Assembly: GCA_963702205.1 (NCBI GenBank) | Contig: OY969724.1 | Span: 1,216,001 to 1,280,000 of the forward strand | Direction: 5' to 3' | DNA from: an uncultured candidate division Zixibacteria bacterium | GTDB lineage: Bacteria > Zixibacteria > MSB-5A5 > GN15 > PGXB01 | DNA length: 64,000 nucleotides | In this document: piece after piece, positions 50,556 through 59,457 of the stretch | Layout: each line of letters starts with the position of its first letter | Numbering within the stretch: the stretch's first letter is position 1 | The notes under the pieces: model-generated | Told to the model about the DNA's origin: nothing | The model's input: the letters and a program-made list of their open reading frames with translations, nothing else | Database searches by the model: none | Program-made: the position numbers and the translations under genes

Positions 50556-52174
50556 GGGAGGTTACCGTTGGCCACGTTCAGCGAGTCGATCAGTTTCTCA
50601 GCGAATTTTATTTGATGACTGTACGGCAGGACGGCGTCGTGGTACGACCTCGCCAAACCGTATTTGAATTCCACTGCCAGCCGATACAGGCGGTGGACGA
50701 CTTCCTCGCGGTGGCCATTGAACTGGTCCCGGTCGAGTTTTTCGGAATACTTCATGGTTCGGTCGATAGTCCCGATCGTCGGTTGCCCCGCTCCACTCAG
50801 TTCGGCGATTTCTTTTAAAGTATCGATGCTGCCGGTCGTGGCCGAGACATATTTAAAGTTCTTTTCGTTGCAATATTCGATAAAGTCGTCGTACCACTCG
50901 TCGGCGGACTTCATAAGCGAGGGACCGGCCAGTATTCTGTCTTTGTTGGCCGAGGCAAACTGGCGCATTATAAGAGTCCGCGCCAGAGCGTTCAAAAACG
51001 GCTCGTTAACTTCGGGGACATAATAGTCCGGCGGGATGCCGCCGGCGCTGTCGAGCACCGGCGAACTGGGATCGTTGATATATTTTTCACCCTTGAAATA
51101 ATAACGGGAACTGGTCAGCCGGATACCGCTGCCGTCGCCCAGGCCTTTATATTCCTGCACCAGCCCCTTGCCGAAGGTGGTGTCGCCGACCAGAAACGCC
51201 CGCCCGGCGTACTTAAGCGAACCGGATACGATCTCCGATGCCGACGCCGAACCGCCATCGACCAGAATAGCCAGCGGGCGGCCGTTCAACAAATCCGAAC
51301 CCGATGAGTTATATTCGGTGCGGTCCCAGCGCGACCTGCCTTTGACTCCGACTATCAGTTGACCGTTGGAAAGAAACAGGTCGGCCAGGCCGATTGCTTC
51401 ATACAACAGGCCGCCGGGGTTGTTCTGCAGGTCGAGAATCATGCCTTTGATCGTCATTGATGAGTCGCTTAGCACGGAATCGAGGACATGTTTCACGTCT
51501 TCGGATGCCCCGGCTTCGAAATCGATTAGACGAACATACAAGATGCTGTCTTCCAGCATCCCGGCGTAGGGGATATGCTGTAGTTTCAGTTTTTCACGGA
51601 CAACATTCACGGTCAGTGTGTCGCGCAAATCATCGCGCGCAATCGTCAGCGACAGTCGTGAGTTCTCGGGGCCGCGAAGATATGACGACGCCTCGAAGGC
51701 GTCTTTGTCGGCCAGATTGAGACTGTCGGCTTTTATAAAAATGTCGCCATTGAGAACGCCGGCTTTCGACGCCGGACCGCCCTCGCGAACCGACAAAACC
51801 ATAAGGCCGTGTATGTCCGGGACGATGGTTACGCCGATGCCGCTGTAGCTGCCGCTGAATTCTTCGGTTATCATTTTAAGTTGTTGCGGTTCCAGAAACG
51901 ATGAATACCGGTCGAGATCGTCGAAGACCGCCTCACGGGCGTGGCGCATCATACTGATCGGGTGGTAGGGGCCGTCGTAGAAATAACCGATCAACTGCAG
52001 AGCAGTGACAATGTCTCGTTCAAATTTCAGGTTAGGTTCGGAAAAGGTGTACACGCTCAAAGCCACCAGCAGCACGATGATGGTCACGAAGAAGCTCAGC
52101 GCCCAGATGAAATGTCCTCGGACGGCGGCGATTTTGTCGGACAGCTCTAAATTTTCAGACGATTGTTCAGACAC
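50552..52174 (-). CDS. S41 carboxyl-terminal processing protease (PDZ)
   Basis: GIG..PDZ, LDLQNNPGG, SASASEIV and TFGKGLVQ motifs. Confidence 0.92.
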   Translation of the reverse strand: MSEQSSENLELSDKIAAVRGHFIWALSFFVTIIVLLVALSVYTFSEPNLKFERDIVTALQLIGYFYDGPYHPISMMRHAREAVFDDLDRYSSFLEPQQLKMITEEFSGSYSGIGVTIVPDIHGLMVLSVREGGPASKAGVLNGDIFIKADSLNLADKDAFEASSYLRGPENSRLSLTIARDDLRDTLTVNVVREKLKLQHIPYAGMLEDSILYVRLIDFEAGASEDVKHVLDSVLSDSSMTIKGMILDLQNNPGGLLYEAIGLADLFLSNGQLIVGVKGRSRWDRTEYNSSGSDLLNGRPLAILVDGGSASASEIVSGSLKYAGRAFLVGDTTFGKGLVQEYKGLGDGSGIRLTSSRYYFKGEKYINDPSSPVLDSAGGIPPDYYVPEVNEPFLNALARTLIMRQFASANKDRILAGPSLMKSADEWYDDFIEYCNEKNFKYVSATTGSIDTLKEIAELSGAGQPTIGTIDRTMKYSEKLDRDQFNGHREEVVHRLYRLAVEFKYGLARSYHDAVLPYSHQIKFAEKLIDSLNVANGNLP

Positions 52175-52764
52175 TCTTTAACCTCAAGGAATATTTCGTC
52201 GGGGGATTTCCGGCTGTCGATAACACAAAAGCGACGTTTTTCCGACAGCGCGACATTCAGAAAACCTTTGCGCACCCGGTTGAAAAATGCCTTCGATTCC
52301 GATTCCAGGCGGTCGGCGGTTTTCTTCCGACGCAATAGCGATGTTTTGTAGTCGATATCGAACAAGAAAGTCAAATTTGGTCGTATCCCGCCTATGGCCA
52401 GCATATTAAGTTTTTTAATCAGATTCAGATCGAGACCGCGTCCGTAGTATTGATAAGCCGTCGTGGAATCGTGGAATCGGTCACACAGTATAATTCTTTT
52501 TTCCGCCAGCGCCGGTGCGATCACATGCTCCACAAGTTCGGACCGGGCCGCCACATAAAGATTAAGCTCGGTCACGGGATTGATCGATAGTTTCTTGTCG
52601 AGAAGTATTTTCCTGATTTTCTCGGAAAATTCCGTTGATCCCGGTTCGCGGATCACCAGCGGCTCGATTTCGAGCTTTTTAAAATATTTCGCGGTCATCT
52701 TGAGCTGGGTCGTTTTGCCGCAGCCGTCGATGCCCTCAAATGTAATCAGAAATCCTTTATCCAT
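52147..52764 (-). CDS. tmk: thymidylate kinase
   Basis: FEGIDGCGKTT, REPG, CDRF..STTAYQ and DRLE motifs. Confidence 0.95.
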   Translation of the reverse strand: MDKGFLITFEGIDGCGKTTQLKMTAKYFKKLEIEPLVIREPGSTEFSEKIRKILLDKKLSINPVTELNLYVAARSELVEHVIAPALAEKRIILCDRFHDSTTAYQYYGRGLDLNLIKKLNMLAIGGIRPNLTFLFDIDYKTSLLRRKKTADRLESESKAFFNRVRKGFLNVALSEKRRFCVIDSRKSPDEIFLEVKECLNNRLKI

Positions 52765-52775
52765 ATATCTCCAAA

Positions 52776-52804
52776 CAAAAAGGCGAACGTGTCAGGTTCG
52801 CCTT
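52776..52804 (-). terminator. putative intrinsic terminator downstream of ino1
   Basis: Minus strand reads AAGGCGAAC-ctgacac-GTTCGCCTTTTT. Confidence 0.55.
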
Positions 52805-52833
52805 AATTTAGGTTTCAAAAGAAACTTTGGAAA

Positions 52834-54057
52834 TTACTTTTTCAGAAGCGTTTTACGGGTCACCCGCTTGCGGGGAGTCGCCTTCTTGGTCGTGGTCGTC
52901 TTCATCCGGCTGGCGGTGGTCGTCGTTTTCGTTTCCGCCTGCTTTTTCATAGTGAGTTTGCGTTTGGTCGTCGTAGTCGTCTTGTGGCCGTATTTCTGGA
53001 TGAACTCCTCGGTCAACCGGCGAGCCTCGTCATCGGTGTACTGCACCGGCGGCGATTTCTTGAAATACGACGACGGCGCTTCGAGCGCACCTTTGAGCCC
53101 GTTGTCCAGGCCGAGTTTGCAGCAGCGGACGGCGTCGATCACGACCCCGGCCGAGTTGGGCGAATCCCAGACTTCCATTTTCATTTCGATGTTCAGCGGG
53201 ACGTTGCCGAACGTCGTGCCTTCCAGGCGGATGTAGGCCCATTTGCGGTCGGACAGCCAGCTGACGTAATCCGACGGCCCGATATGCACGTTGCCGGCGC
53301 CGATGTCGTAATCGAGCTGGGATGTAACGGCGTTGGTTTTGGAAATCTTTTTGGATTCCAGCCGCGAGCGTTCCAGCATGTTCAGAAAGTCGGTGTTGCC
53401 GCCGACGTTGAGCTGGCTGGTGCGTTCCAACTTGACGCCGCGTTCGCGGAACAAGCGGGTCAGGACACGATGTGTGATGGTCGCGCCGACCTGCGATTTG
53501 ATGTCATCGCCGATGACCGGCAGGCCTCTTTCCTCGAAGCGCTTCTGCCAGTATTTTTCACGGGCGATAAAGACCGGGATGCAGTTCACGAATCCACAAC
53601 CGGCGTCGAGAATCTGCTCGACATACCATTTGGTGGCTTCTTCGGAACCGACCGGGAGGTAATTCACGACCACGTCGGTTTTCGTGTCCTTGAGCAGCTT
53701 GACTATGTCGACCGTGTCGCCGGGGGCCTTTTCGATAATTTCCGACAGGTATTTGCCGAGTCCGTCGTGGGTCATGCCGCGCTGGACGGTTATGCCGGTT
53801 TTGGGCACGTCGCAGAACTTGTACGTATTGTTCGGCTTGGTATAGATAGCTTCGGCCAGGTCTTTGCCGACTTTGTTCTTGTCGATGTCGATCGCGGCCG
53901 AAAACTCAACGTCGCTGATATGATACCCACCCAGGTTGGTGTGCATGATCCCGGGAATGAATTCATTGTCGGCGGCGTTCTTGTAAAACTCTACTCCCTG
54001 AACGAGCGATGAGGCGCAGTTGCCTACTCCGATTATAGCAACTCTTAGTTTACCCAT
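52834..54057 (-). CDS. ino1: myo-inositol-1-phosphate synthase with Lys/Thr-rich C-terminal tail
   Basis: [38 protein letters not shown] and WDSPNSAG motifs. Confidence 0.95.
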   Translation of the reverse strand: MGKLRVAIIGVGNCASSLVQGVEFYKNAADNEFIPGIMHTNLGGYHISDVEFSAAIDIDKNKVGKDLAEAIYTKPNNTYKFCDVPKTGITVQRGMTHDGLGKYLSEIIEKAPGDTVDIVKLLKDTKTDVVVNYLPVGSEEATKWYVEQILDAGCGFVNCIPVFIAREKYWQKRFEERGLPVIGDDIKSQVGATITHRVLTRLFRERGVKLERTSQLNVGGNTDFLNMLERSRLESKKISKTNAVTSQLDYDIGAGNVHIGPSDYVSWLSDRKWAYIRLEGTTFGNVPLNIEMKMEVWDSPNSAGVVIDAVRCCKLGLDNGLKGALEAPSSYFKKSPPVQYTDDEARRLTEEFIQKYGHKTTTTTKRKLTMKKQAETKTTTTASRMKTTTTKKATPRKRVTRKTLLKK

Positions 54058-54160
54058 GTCGATAAAATCTCCTTTTATTTTTAAGCCGGGCCAATATAGC
54101 AGGGTTATACGAACGGTGCAAGAAAAATATTGACATTTGTATAGTGCTGTATTATATATG

Positions 54161-54176
54161 ATGACTTATAAGTCAT
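54161..54176. promoter_or_regulatory. perfect 16-bp palindrome, candidate TetR operator
   Basis: ATGACTTATAAGTCAT, just downstream of TTGACA (54130) in the ino1/tetR divergent region. Confidence 0.65.
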
Positions 54177-54196
54177 AAATAATATATGAAGCAATC

Positions 54197-54850
54197 ATGA
54201 ATGAAAATTTGATCGTCAACCTCGAAGGACGGAAAGTCGTGACGGCGACCTTCCGCAAGCTGTCCCGGGCCAAGAAGGACAAGATATATGCCGCCATCAT
54301 CGGGGCTTTCGGACACGATGCCTTCGCGCGCGTTTCGCTGGATAGTATCGCCGATACGGCGGGTATCGCCAAGGGTTCGCTGGTGCAGTATTTTATTGAA
54401 AAGGAAAATCTGGCGGTCTTCGCGGCCGAGATTCTATTCGACAGTTTCCAGGCCCATTGGGAAAGGCATTTTGCGGTCGATTATTCCGGACGCGTCCGCG
54501 ATAAGATAATGAAATTCATGTCGGGCGAAGTTCGTTACTGGTTCGAAAACAAAGCCGAGGCGTTATTTTATATAAAAATGACCTATGAACACGGGGCCGG
54601 ATTCGGAAAATCGTTCCGCGATGGTTTTCACGAACTGCGGCTGGATTATCTGCACGATATCCTTCACTCCGGAATCGAATCGCGGGAGATCAGTCCCAAC
54701 GCCGATATCGATGCCGCCGCCGAACTTCTGGCTTCGTTTCAGGGAGACGTCGTTTATCAGGCTGTAACCGAAGAAAAAAAGAAATCGGTCGATTTTTACG
54801 CGCTGATAATCAAGCGGAGCGTGGAAATAGTCATCGCGGGTTTGGATTAG
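54197..54850 (+). CDS. TetR/AcrR family transcriptional regulator
   Basis: TFRKLSRAKK..IADTAGIAKGSLVQYF..KE HTH. Confidence 0.85.
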   Translation: MNENLIVNLEGRKVVTATFRKLSRAKKDKIYAAIIGAFGHDAFARVSLDSIADTAGIAKGSLVQYFIEKENLAVFAAEILFDSFQAHWERHFAVDYSGRVRDKIMKFMSGEVRYWFENKAEALFYIKMTYEHGAGFGKSFRDGFHELRLDYLHDILHSGIESREISPNADIDAAAELLASFQGDVVYQAVTEEKKKSVDFYALIIKRSVEIVIAGLD

Positions 54851-54853
54851 ATC

Positions 54854-55777
54854 CTATAATACCGCTACTTTGAAATCAACTTTATCCAGCAGAATCTTCT
54901 GACGGTGCCGGACTTCGCTTTCGGTCATTATAAAATTCGGGCCGACCTGTTCGATCATAATTGAACTGACGCACGATGCAAAACAGCCCGACCTCCTCAG
55001 GTCCTTGGTGCGAAGGTACTCGAACGTGAAACCGGCCATATAGGTGTCGCCCGCGCCGGTGGCATCGAGCAAATCAATTTCATAGGGCGGGATATCTATG
55101 AAATCCGTACCATCAAATATCACCGAACCGAGCTCGGCCAGCGTGACTATGACAATTTTCGGACCCCAGCTTTTGATAATTTCCGCCGCACGGTACGGGT
55201 CTTTGCGACAGTCGATTCCGGTCAGGACTTTGGCTTCGAGCTCGTTGGGCTTGACGACGTCGAAATTCGAAAGCGCCTGTTCGATGCCTTCGCGTTTCTC
55301 GTGAAATATCCGGCCGGTGTCGTCGGCATCGCGCAGCAGTCCCTGCGGATCACAGAAAAAGAGGCCGTCGAAGTTTTTGCGAATATCGGGAATCTGCTCC
55401 AGCGATACCTCGCCCAGTATCGGGGCAATAAGTACAGCCTTCGAATCAGAATACAATTTCGGATCGAGACTGCCGATATCCGAAGCACGGCCGAGAAGGT
55501 CCAGCGTGCGGTTGCCGAAGTCATCGTAATAGATCAACGAAAATCCGCCCGAGGATTCGGAAGCTATGATATAATTTTCGATTTTGAGATCGGCCAACGT
55601 GGTTTTGAAATGGGCTTTGTAATCGTCGCCGATCGCCCCGATCAGCCGGACGGTTTCGCCGAGCCGTGACAGTGCCAGGGCAGCGTTGGTGCTGCATCCG
55701 GACAAAACCCGGTTTTGGGTGTCTATCTTCTGAGTTTTAATGTAATCATAGACCGGATTGCCGATGGCGGTAATCAT
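54854..55777 (-). CDS. PfkB/ribokinase-family carbohydrate kinase
   Basis: DPQG, KPNELEA, VTLAELGS and DATGAGD motifs. Confidence 0.9.
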   Translation of the reverse strand: MITAIGNPVYDYIKTQKIDTQNRVLSGCSTNAALALSRLGETVRLIGAIGDDYKAHFKTTLADLKIENYIIASESSGGFSLIYYDDFGNRTLDLLGRASDIGSLDPKLYSDSKAVLIAPILGEVSLEQIPDIRKNFDGLFFCDPQGLLRDADDTGRIFHEKREGIEQALSNFDVVKPNELEAKVLTGIDCRKDPYRAAEIIKSWGPKIVIVTLAELGSVIFDGTDFIDIPPYEIDLLDATGAGDTYMAGFTFEYLRTKDLRRSGCFASCVSSIMIEQVGPNFIMTESEVRHRQKILLDKVDFKVAVL

Positions 55778-55791
55778 ATGACTTTGCCTCT

Positions 55792-56400
55792 TCAGCTGTT
55801 TTCACGATTTTTAAGAACTTTGGAAGTATAAACCAGTCTTTGCACCGATGTGATATAGGAGCTTACGCCGACAATAATTAAAGCTATTTCAAGCCAGCGG
55901 CTGCTGGGATAAAATTTTTCAAGCAAAGCCCCGATTATAATCAAAATGAATTTCTCCAGTCGACCCATGAAGCCGACCGCGCAGTTTTCGATTTTGCCCA
56001 TCGATTCGGCCGCGGCACGAGTGTAACTGGCGATAATCATCCCGAACAATGCGAATAATGCCCAGCCGGGATGGACTATTCCGGACAGGGCGATTCCGGC
56101 CAGAATAAAAAACTCGCTGTAGCGGTCGAAGACGTGGTCGAGAATGCCGCCGAAAGTGGTGCCAATATTGCCCGCGCGAGCAGTTGCGCCGTCGAGCATG
56201 TCGATAAACGAATTGGCCACCATTAAGATAACGCCGGCGATTATGTTCCCGCGCCAGAAATATATGCCCGATGCGATGGCCGATATAACCGCCAGGACGG
56301 TCAACATGTTGGGCGTCAAACCGATTTTGAGGCAGATTCGACCCAGAATCGGGGTCGAACGCTCATAAATCTCGCGTTTCATTTTATTAATTTCGGTCAT
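55792..56400 (-). CDS. CDP-alcohol phosphatidyltransferase (PIP/AIP synthase-like)
   Basis: TPNMLT; DMLDGATAR...GGILDHVFDR signature; SYTRAAAE..VGFMGRLE. Confidence 0.9.
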   Translation of the reverse strand: MTEINKMKREIYERSTPILGRICLKIGLTPNMLTVLAVISAIASGIYFWRGNIIAGVILMVANSFIDMLDGATARAGNIGTTFGGILDHVFDRYSEFFILAGIALSGIVHPGWALFALFGMIIASYTRAAAESMGKIENCAVGFMGRLEKFILIIIGALLEKFYPSSRWLEIALIIVGVSSYITSVQRLVYTSKVLKNRENS

Positions 56401-56530
56401 CGGTTATCTCCGTTTGTGAAGCGCAATATAGTTTGGCCGATTACATTGTCAAGTTGTTTGACATCCGTTTCATGACGATTGACAGGAGCGTGTCAACAGT
56501 GTATTTTGTGCGTCTGCCGGTAAGGAAAAT

Positions 56531-58333
56531 ATGAAAGACACGGAATACATACGGAATTTTTCGATTATCGCCCACATCGACCACGGCAAATCGACTCTGG
56601 CCGACCGCCTGCTGGAAGCGACGCGAGCCATATCCGAACGCGAGATGCGTCAGCAGGTACTCGACGATATGGACCTCGAACGCGAGCGCGGGATCACGAT
56701 CAAGGCCCACGCCATCCGTCTGGCCTATAAGGCCAAAGACAAGAATATCTACCAGTTGAATTTGATCGACACCCCGGGGCACGTCGATTTCACCTACGAG
56801 GTCTCCCGGTCGTTGTCAGCCTGCGAGGGGACGCTTCTGGTGGTCGATGCCTCGCAGGGGATCGAAGCCCAGACCGTTTCCAATCTTTTTCTGGCGCTGG
56901 GAAACAATCTTGAAATTATTCCGGTCATAAATAAGATCGATCTGCCCTCGGCCCGTATTCCCGAAGTCACCGCCGAACTGATTGATCTGATCGGCTGCAA
57001 AGAAGAAGAAATTATCGCCTGTTCGGCCAAGACCGGGCAGGGGATAGGCGACTTACTGGAGGCCATTGTCAAGAGATTCCCCCCTCCGCAAGGCGATTCC
57101 GACAAACCGCTTAAAGCCCTCGTGTTCGATTCGGTGTACACATCGTATCGCGGCGCGGCGGTTTATTTGAAATTAGTCGATGGCAAAGTCGGCAAAGGCG
57201 ACCGTGTGAAATTCTTTTCTCACGGCAAGCAGTTCGAAGTCGATGAAGTCGGGTTTAAAATGCTGAAGTACCACCCGGTCGAACGGTTGAACGCCGGTGA
57301 GGTTGGTTACCTTTACGCCAACATCCGCAATGTCGGTGATACCAGAATCGGCGACACCATCACGCTGGCGGCCGAACCGACCGACAAACCGCTGCCGGGA
57401 TTCGTGGCGATCAAGCCGATGGTTTTCGCGGGGATTTATCCGGCTATCGCCGAGGACTATACTCTTCTGCGCGAATCACTTGAAAAGCTGGTGCTCAACG
57501 ATGCCTCGCTCACTTTCGTGCCGGAGACGTCGAGCGCGCTCGGTTTCGGCTTTCGCTGCGGCTTTCTCGGTATGCTGCATATGGAGATCATCACCGAGCG
57601 CCTGTCGCGGGAGTACAATCAGACCATTATCAATACCGTCCCCAACGTCGAATACCACGCCTACACTGCGACCGGTGAAGAAGTTATTGTCAATTCCCCG
57701 ACTCAGATGCCCGACGCCGGGAAGGTCGAATATATCGAGGAGCCGTACGTCGACGCGCAGATTGTCACGCCGCCGGAGTCGATCGGGGGCGTCATGCGTT
57801 TGTGCACCGAGAGACGGGGTGAGTACAAGAACACCGAATACCCGACCCAGCTGCGGGCGGTGATGAGCTATGCTTTCCCGCTGTCCGAGATCATTTTCGA
57901 TTTTTATGACAAGCTCAAATCCATTTCGCGCGGTTATGCCTCGCTCGACTACGGGCTGCCGTACTATAAGAAATCCAACCTGTCCAAGCTTGATATTTTA
58001 ATCAATAGCGATCCGGTCGATGCACTATCGGTTATTATACATCGTGATAAAGCGTACAAGTACGGCCTAAATTTAACCGAGAAACTCCGGTCGCTCATTC
58101 CGCGCCAGATGTTCGAGGTGGTCATACAGGCGGCCATCGGCAGCCGGATTATTTCGCGGGCAACAGTCAAGCCGCTGCGCAAGAACGTCACGGCCAAATG
58201 TTACGGCGGCGACATCACCCGCAAACGCAAATTGCTCGAACGCCAGAAAGAGGGCAAGAAGCGAATGAAGCAGGTTGGCACGGTCGAAATCCCGCAGGAA
58301 GCTTTCTTGGCAGCGCTTAAGATTGATGAATAA
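56531..58333 (+). CDS. lepA: elongation factor 4
   Basis: [23 protein letters not shown] and [10 protein letters not shown] motifs. Confidence 0.98.
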   Translation: MKDTEYIRNFSIIAHIDHGKSTLADRLLEATRAISEREMRQQVLDDMDLERERGITIKAHAIRLAYKAKDKNIYQLNLIDTPGHVDFTYEVSRSLSACEGTLLVVDASQGIEAQTVSNLFLALGNNLEIIPVINKIDLPSARIPEVTAELIDLIGCKEEEIIACSAKTGQGIGDLLEAIVKRFPPPQGDSDKPLKALVFDSVYTSYRGAAVYLKLVDGKVGKGDRVKFFSHGKQFEVDEVGFKMLKYHPVERLNAGEVGYLYANIRNVGDTRIGDTITLAAEPTDKPLPGFVAIKPMVFAGIYPAIAEDYTLLRESLEKLVLNDASLTFVPETSSALGFGFRCGFLGMLHMEIITERLSREYNQTIINTVPNVEYHAYTATGEEVIVNSPTQMPDAGKVEYIEEPYVDAQIVTPPESIGGVMRLCTERRGEYKNTEYPTQLRAVMSYAFPLSEIIFDFYDKLKSISRGYASLDYGLPYYKKSNLSKLDILINSDPVDALSVIIHRDKAYKYGLNLTEKLRSLIPRQMFEVVIQAAIGSRIISRATVKPLRKNVTAKCYGGDITRKRKLLERQKEGKKRMKQVGTVEIPQEAFLAALKIDE

Positions 58334-58446
58334 ATAAATCGCCAAATTCCTTAAATTTCAGCCTTGGTGTGCTTTTAATGTAAAATTAACAGAAGTTTGA
58401 CAGAGAACTTGGATGTCAAAGGCGCAGGGCCTTCAGGAAATAAGAA

Positions 58447-58995
58447 TTATTTATTGCAATCTTTCTTTTCAATGGCATAAATCGTGTCGATAAAAACGAA
58501 TTCACTCCCATATCGAACCAAGCTATCCAGCATGATCCTTAGGTCTAAGCCTATATTATTTTTTCCGCGAACGTCGCTTTTATCATCTGATAGTGGATTA
58601 GCACAAAAGCATAAAGACAATACATACTTGTCTGGTGAAAGCGTATCAGGTGAAGGATCAATGTATCTATTATAACATTTATTCATACGTTTATCATTTA
58701 GAAGAACACTAACTGAATATGGATCAAATACGAGTTTGTCTCTCAACTCCGGGTTTATTTTAAATGCCAAATTCAGCCATATTGAATAATCCTCGCAAGG
58801 ATAATAGCTGAAGCTGTTTATCTTCAGTTTTAAATCTCCATTCAAAAATTCTAAACCCAGTGTTTTTCGTAATTTATCCCCTTGCTTAAACCACAGATGC
58901 AGACGCGGATTGGGGCATCCACTTAATATGCAAACGGCGAAAATCGTAAATAGGCATGTTCCAATAATCCTCAATTTGAACAATTGGCTTTGCAT
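58447..58995 (-). CDS. hypothetical AT-rich lipoprotein
   Basis: 182-aa ORF with lipobox LSGC; strongly AT-rich. Confidence 0.6.
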   Translation of the reverse strand: MQSQLFKLRIIGTCLFTIFAVCILSGCPNPRLHLWFKQGDKLRKTLGLEFLNGDLKLKINSFSYYPCEDYSIWLNLAFKINPELRDKLVFDPYSVSVLLNDKRMNKCYNRYIDPSPDTLSPDKYVLSLCFCANPLSDDKSDVRGKNNIGLDLRIMLDSLVRYGSEFVFIDTIYAIEKKDCNK

Positions 58996-59123
58996 ACAGA
59001 TTTCCTCCCGATCACACGACTTATTAAATTCGATAATTCATCCTATTTACCTAATTGAAATTTGTCAATATCTTTATTTTAGAGAATCCAGCCTAATGAA
59101 GAGAAATCGGGTTAAATATAAAA

Positions 59124-59189
59124 ATACAGGGCAGGCATCGTGGTATGCCTGCCCTCGCCTGAGCAGGAGGAATATGAGGGTTTAAAATT
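59124..59189. repeat. 66-bp direct repeat, copy 1 (contains a hairpin)
   Basis: 65/66 identical to 61875-61940; AGGGCAGGCAT-cgtggt-ATGCCTGCCCT. Confidence 0.9.
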
Positions 59190-59210
59190 TTCTGCCTTGT
59201 TCGCATTCCA

Positions 59211-59248
59211 GTAGGTCAGGTTCCGAAGCGTCAGCGAGAAACCCGACA
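59211..59248 (+). repeat. solo GTAG-type REP-like unit
   Basis: GTAGGTCAGGTTCCGAAG...GAGAAACCCGACA. Confidence 0.7.
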
Positions 59249-59457
59249 TCTTTTCTTAATTTCTCGTTGCACGCTTTTCCCCCAATAATCGTTTAGTAAT
59301 TACTCGCATTAATGGCGTGAAAATGGGTGGGCTGTGTCAGAAACAGGTATCCTTAAGATCTTGTCACTTGTTAGATTCCGCATAAATCATTATATTACAT
59401 ACAGGGCCGGGGCTGGGGCCGCACAAAAATCATTTGGGCCTTTTCGGTGGAGGGGTT

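Noticed and set aside
52984..54012. Long antisense ORFs (also 21084-22076, 635-1384, 17700-18512 and others)
   Set aside because: Shadow frames opposite well-supported genes in GC-rich coding DNA
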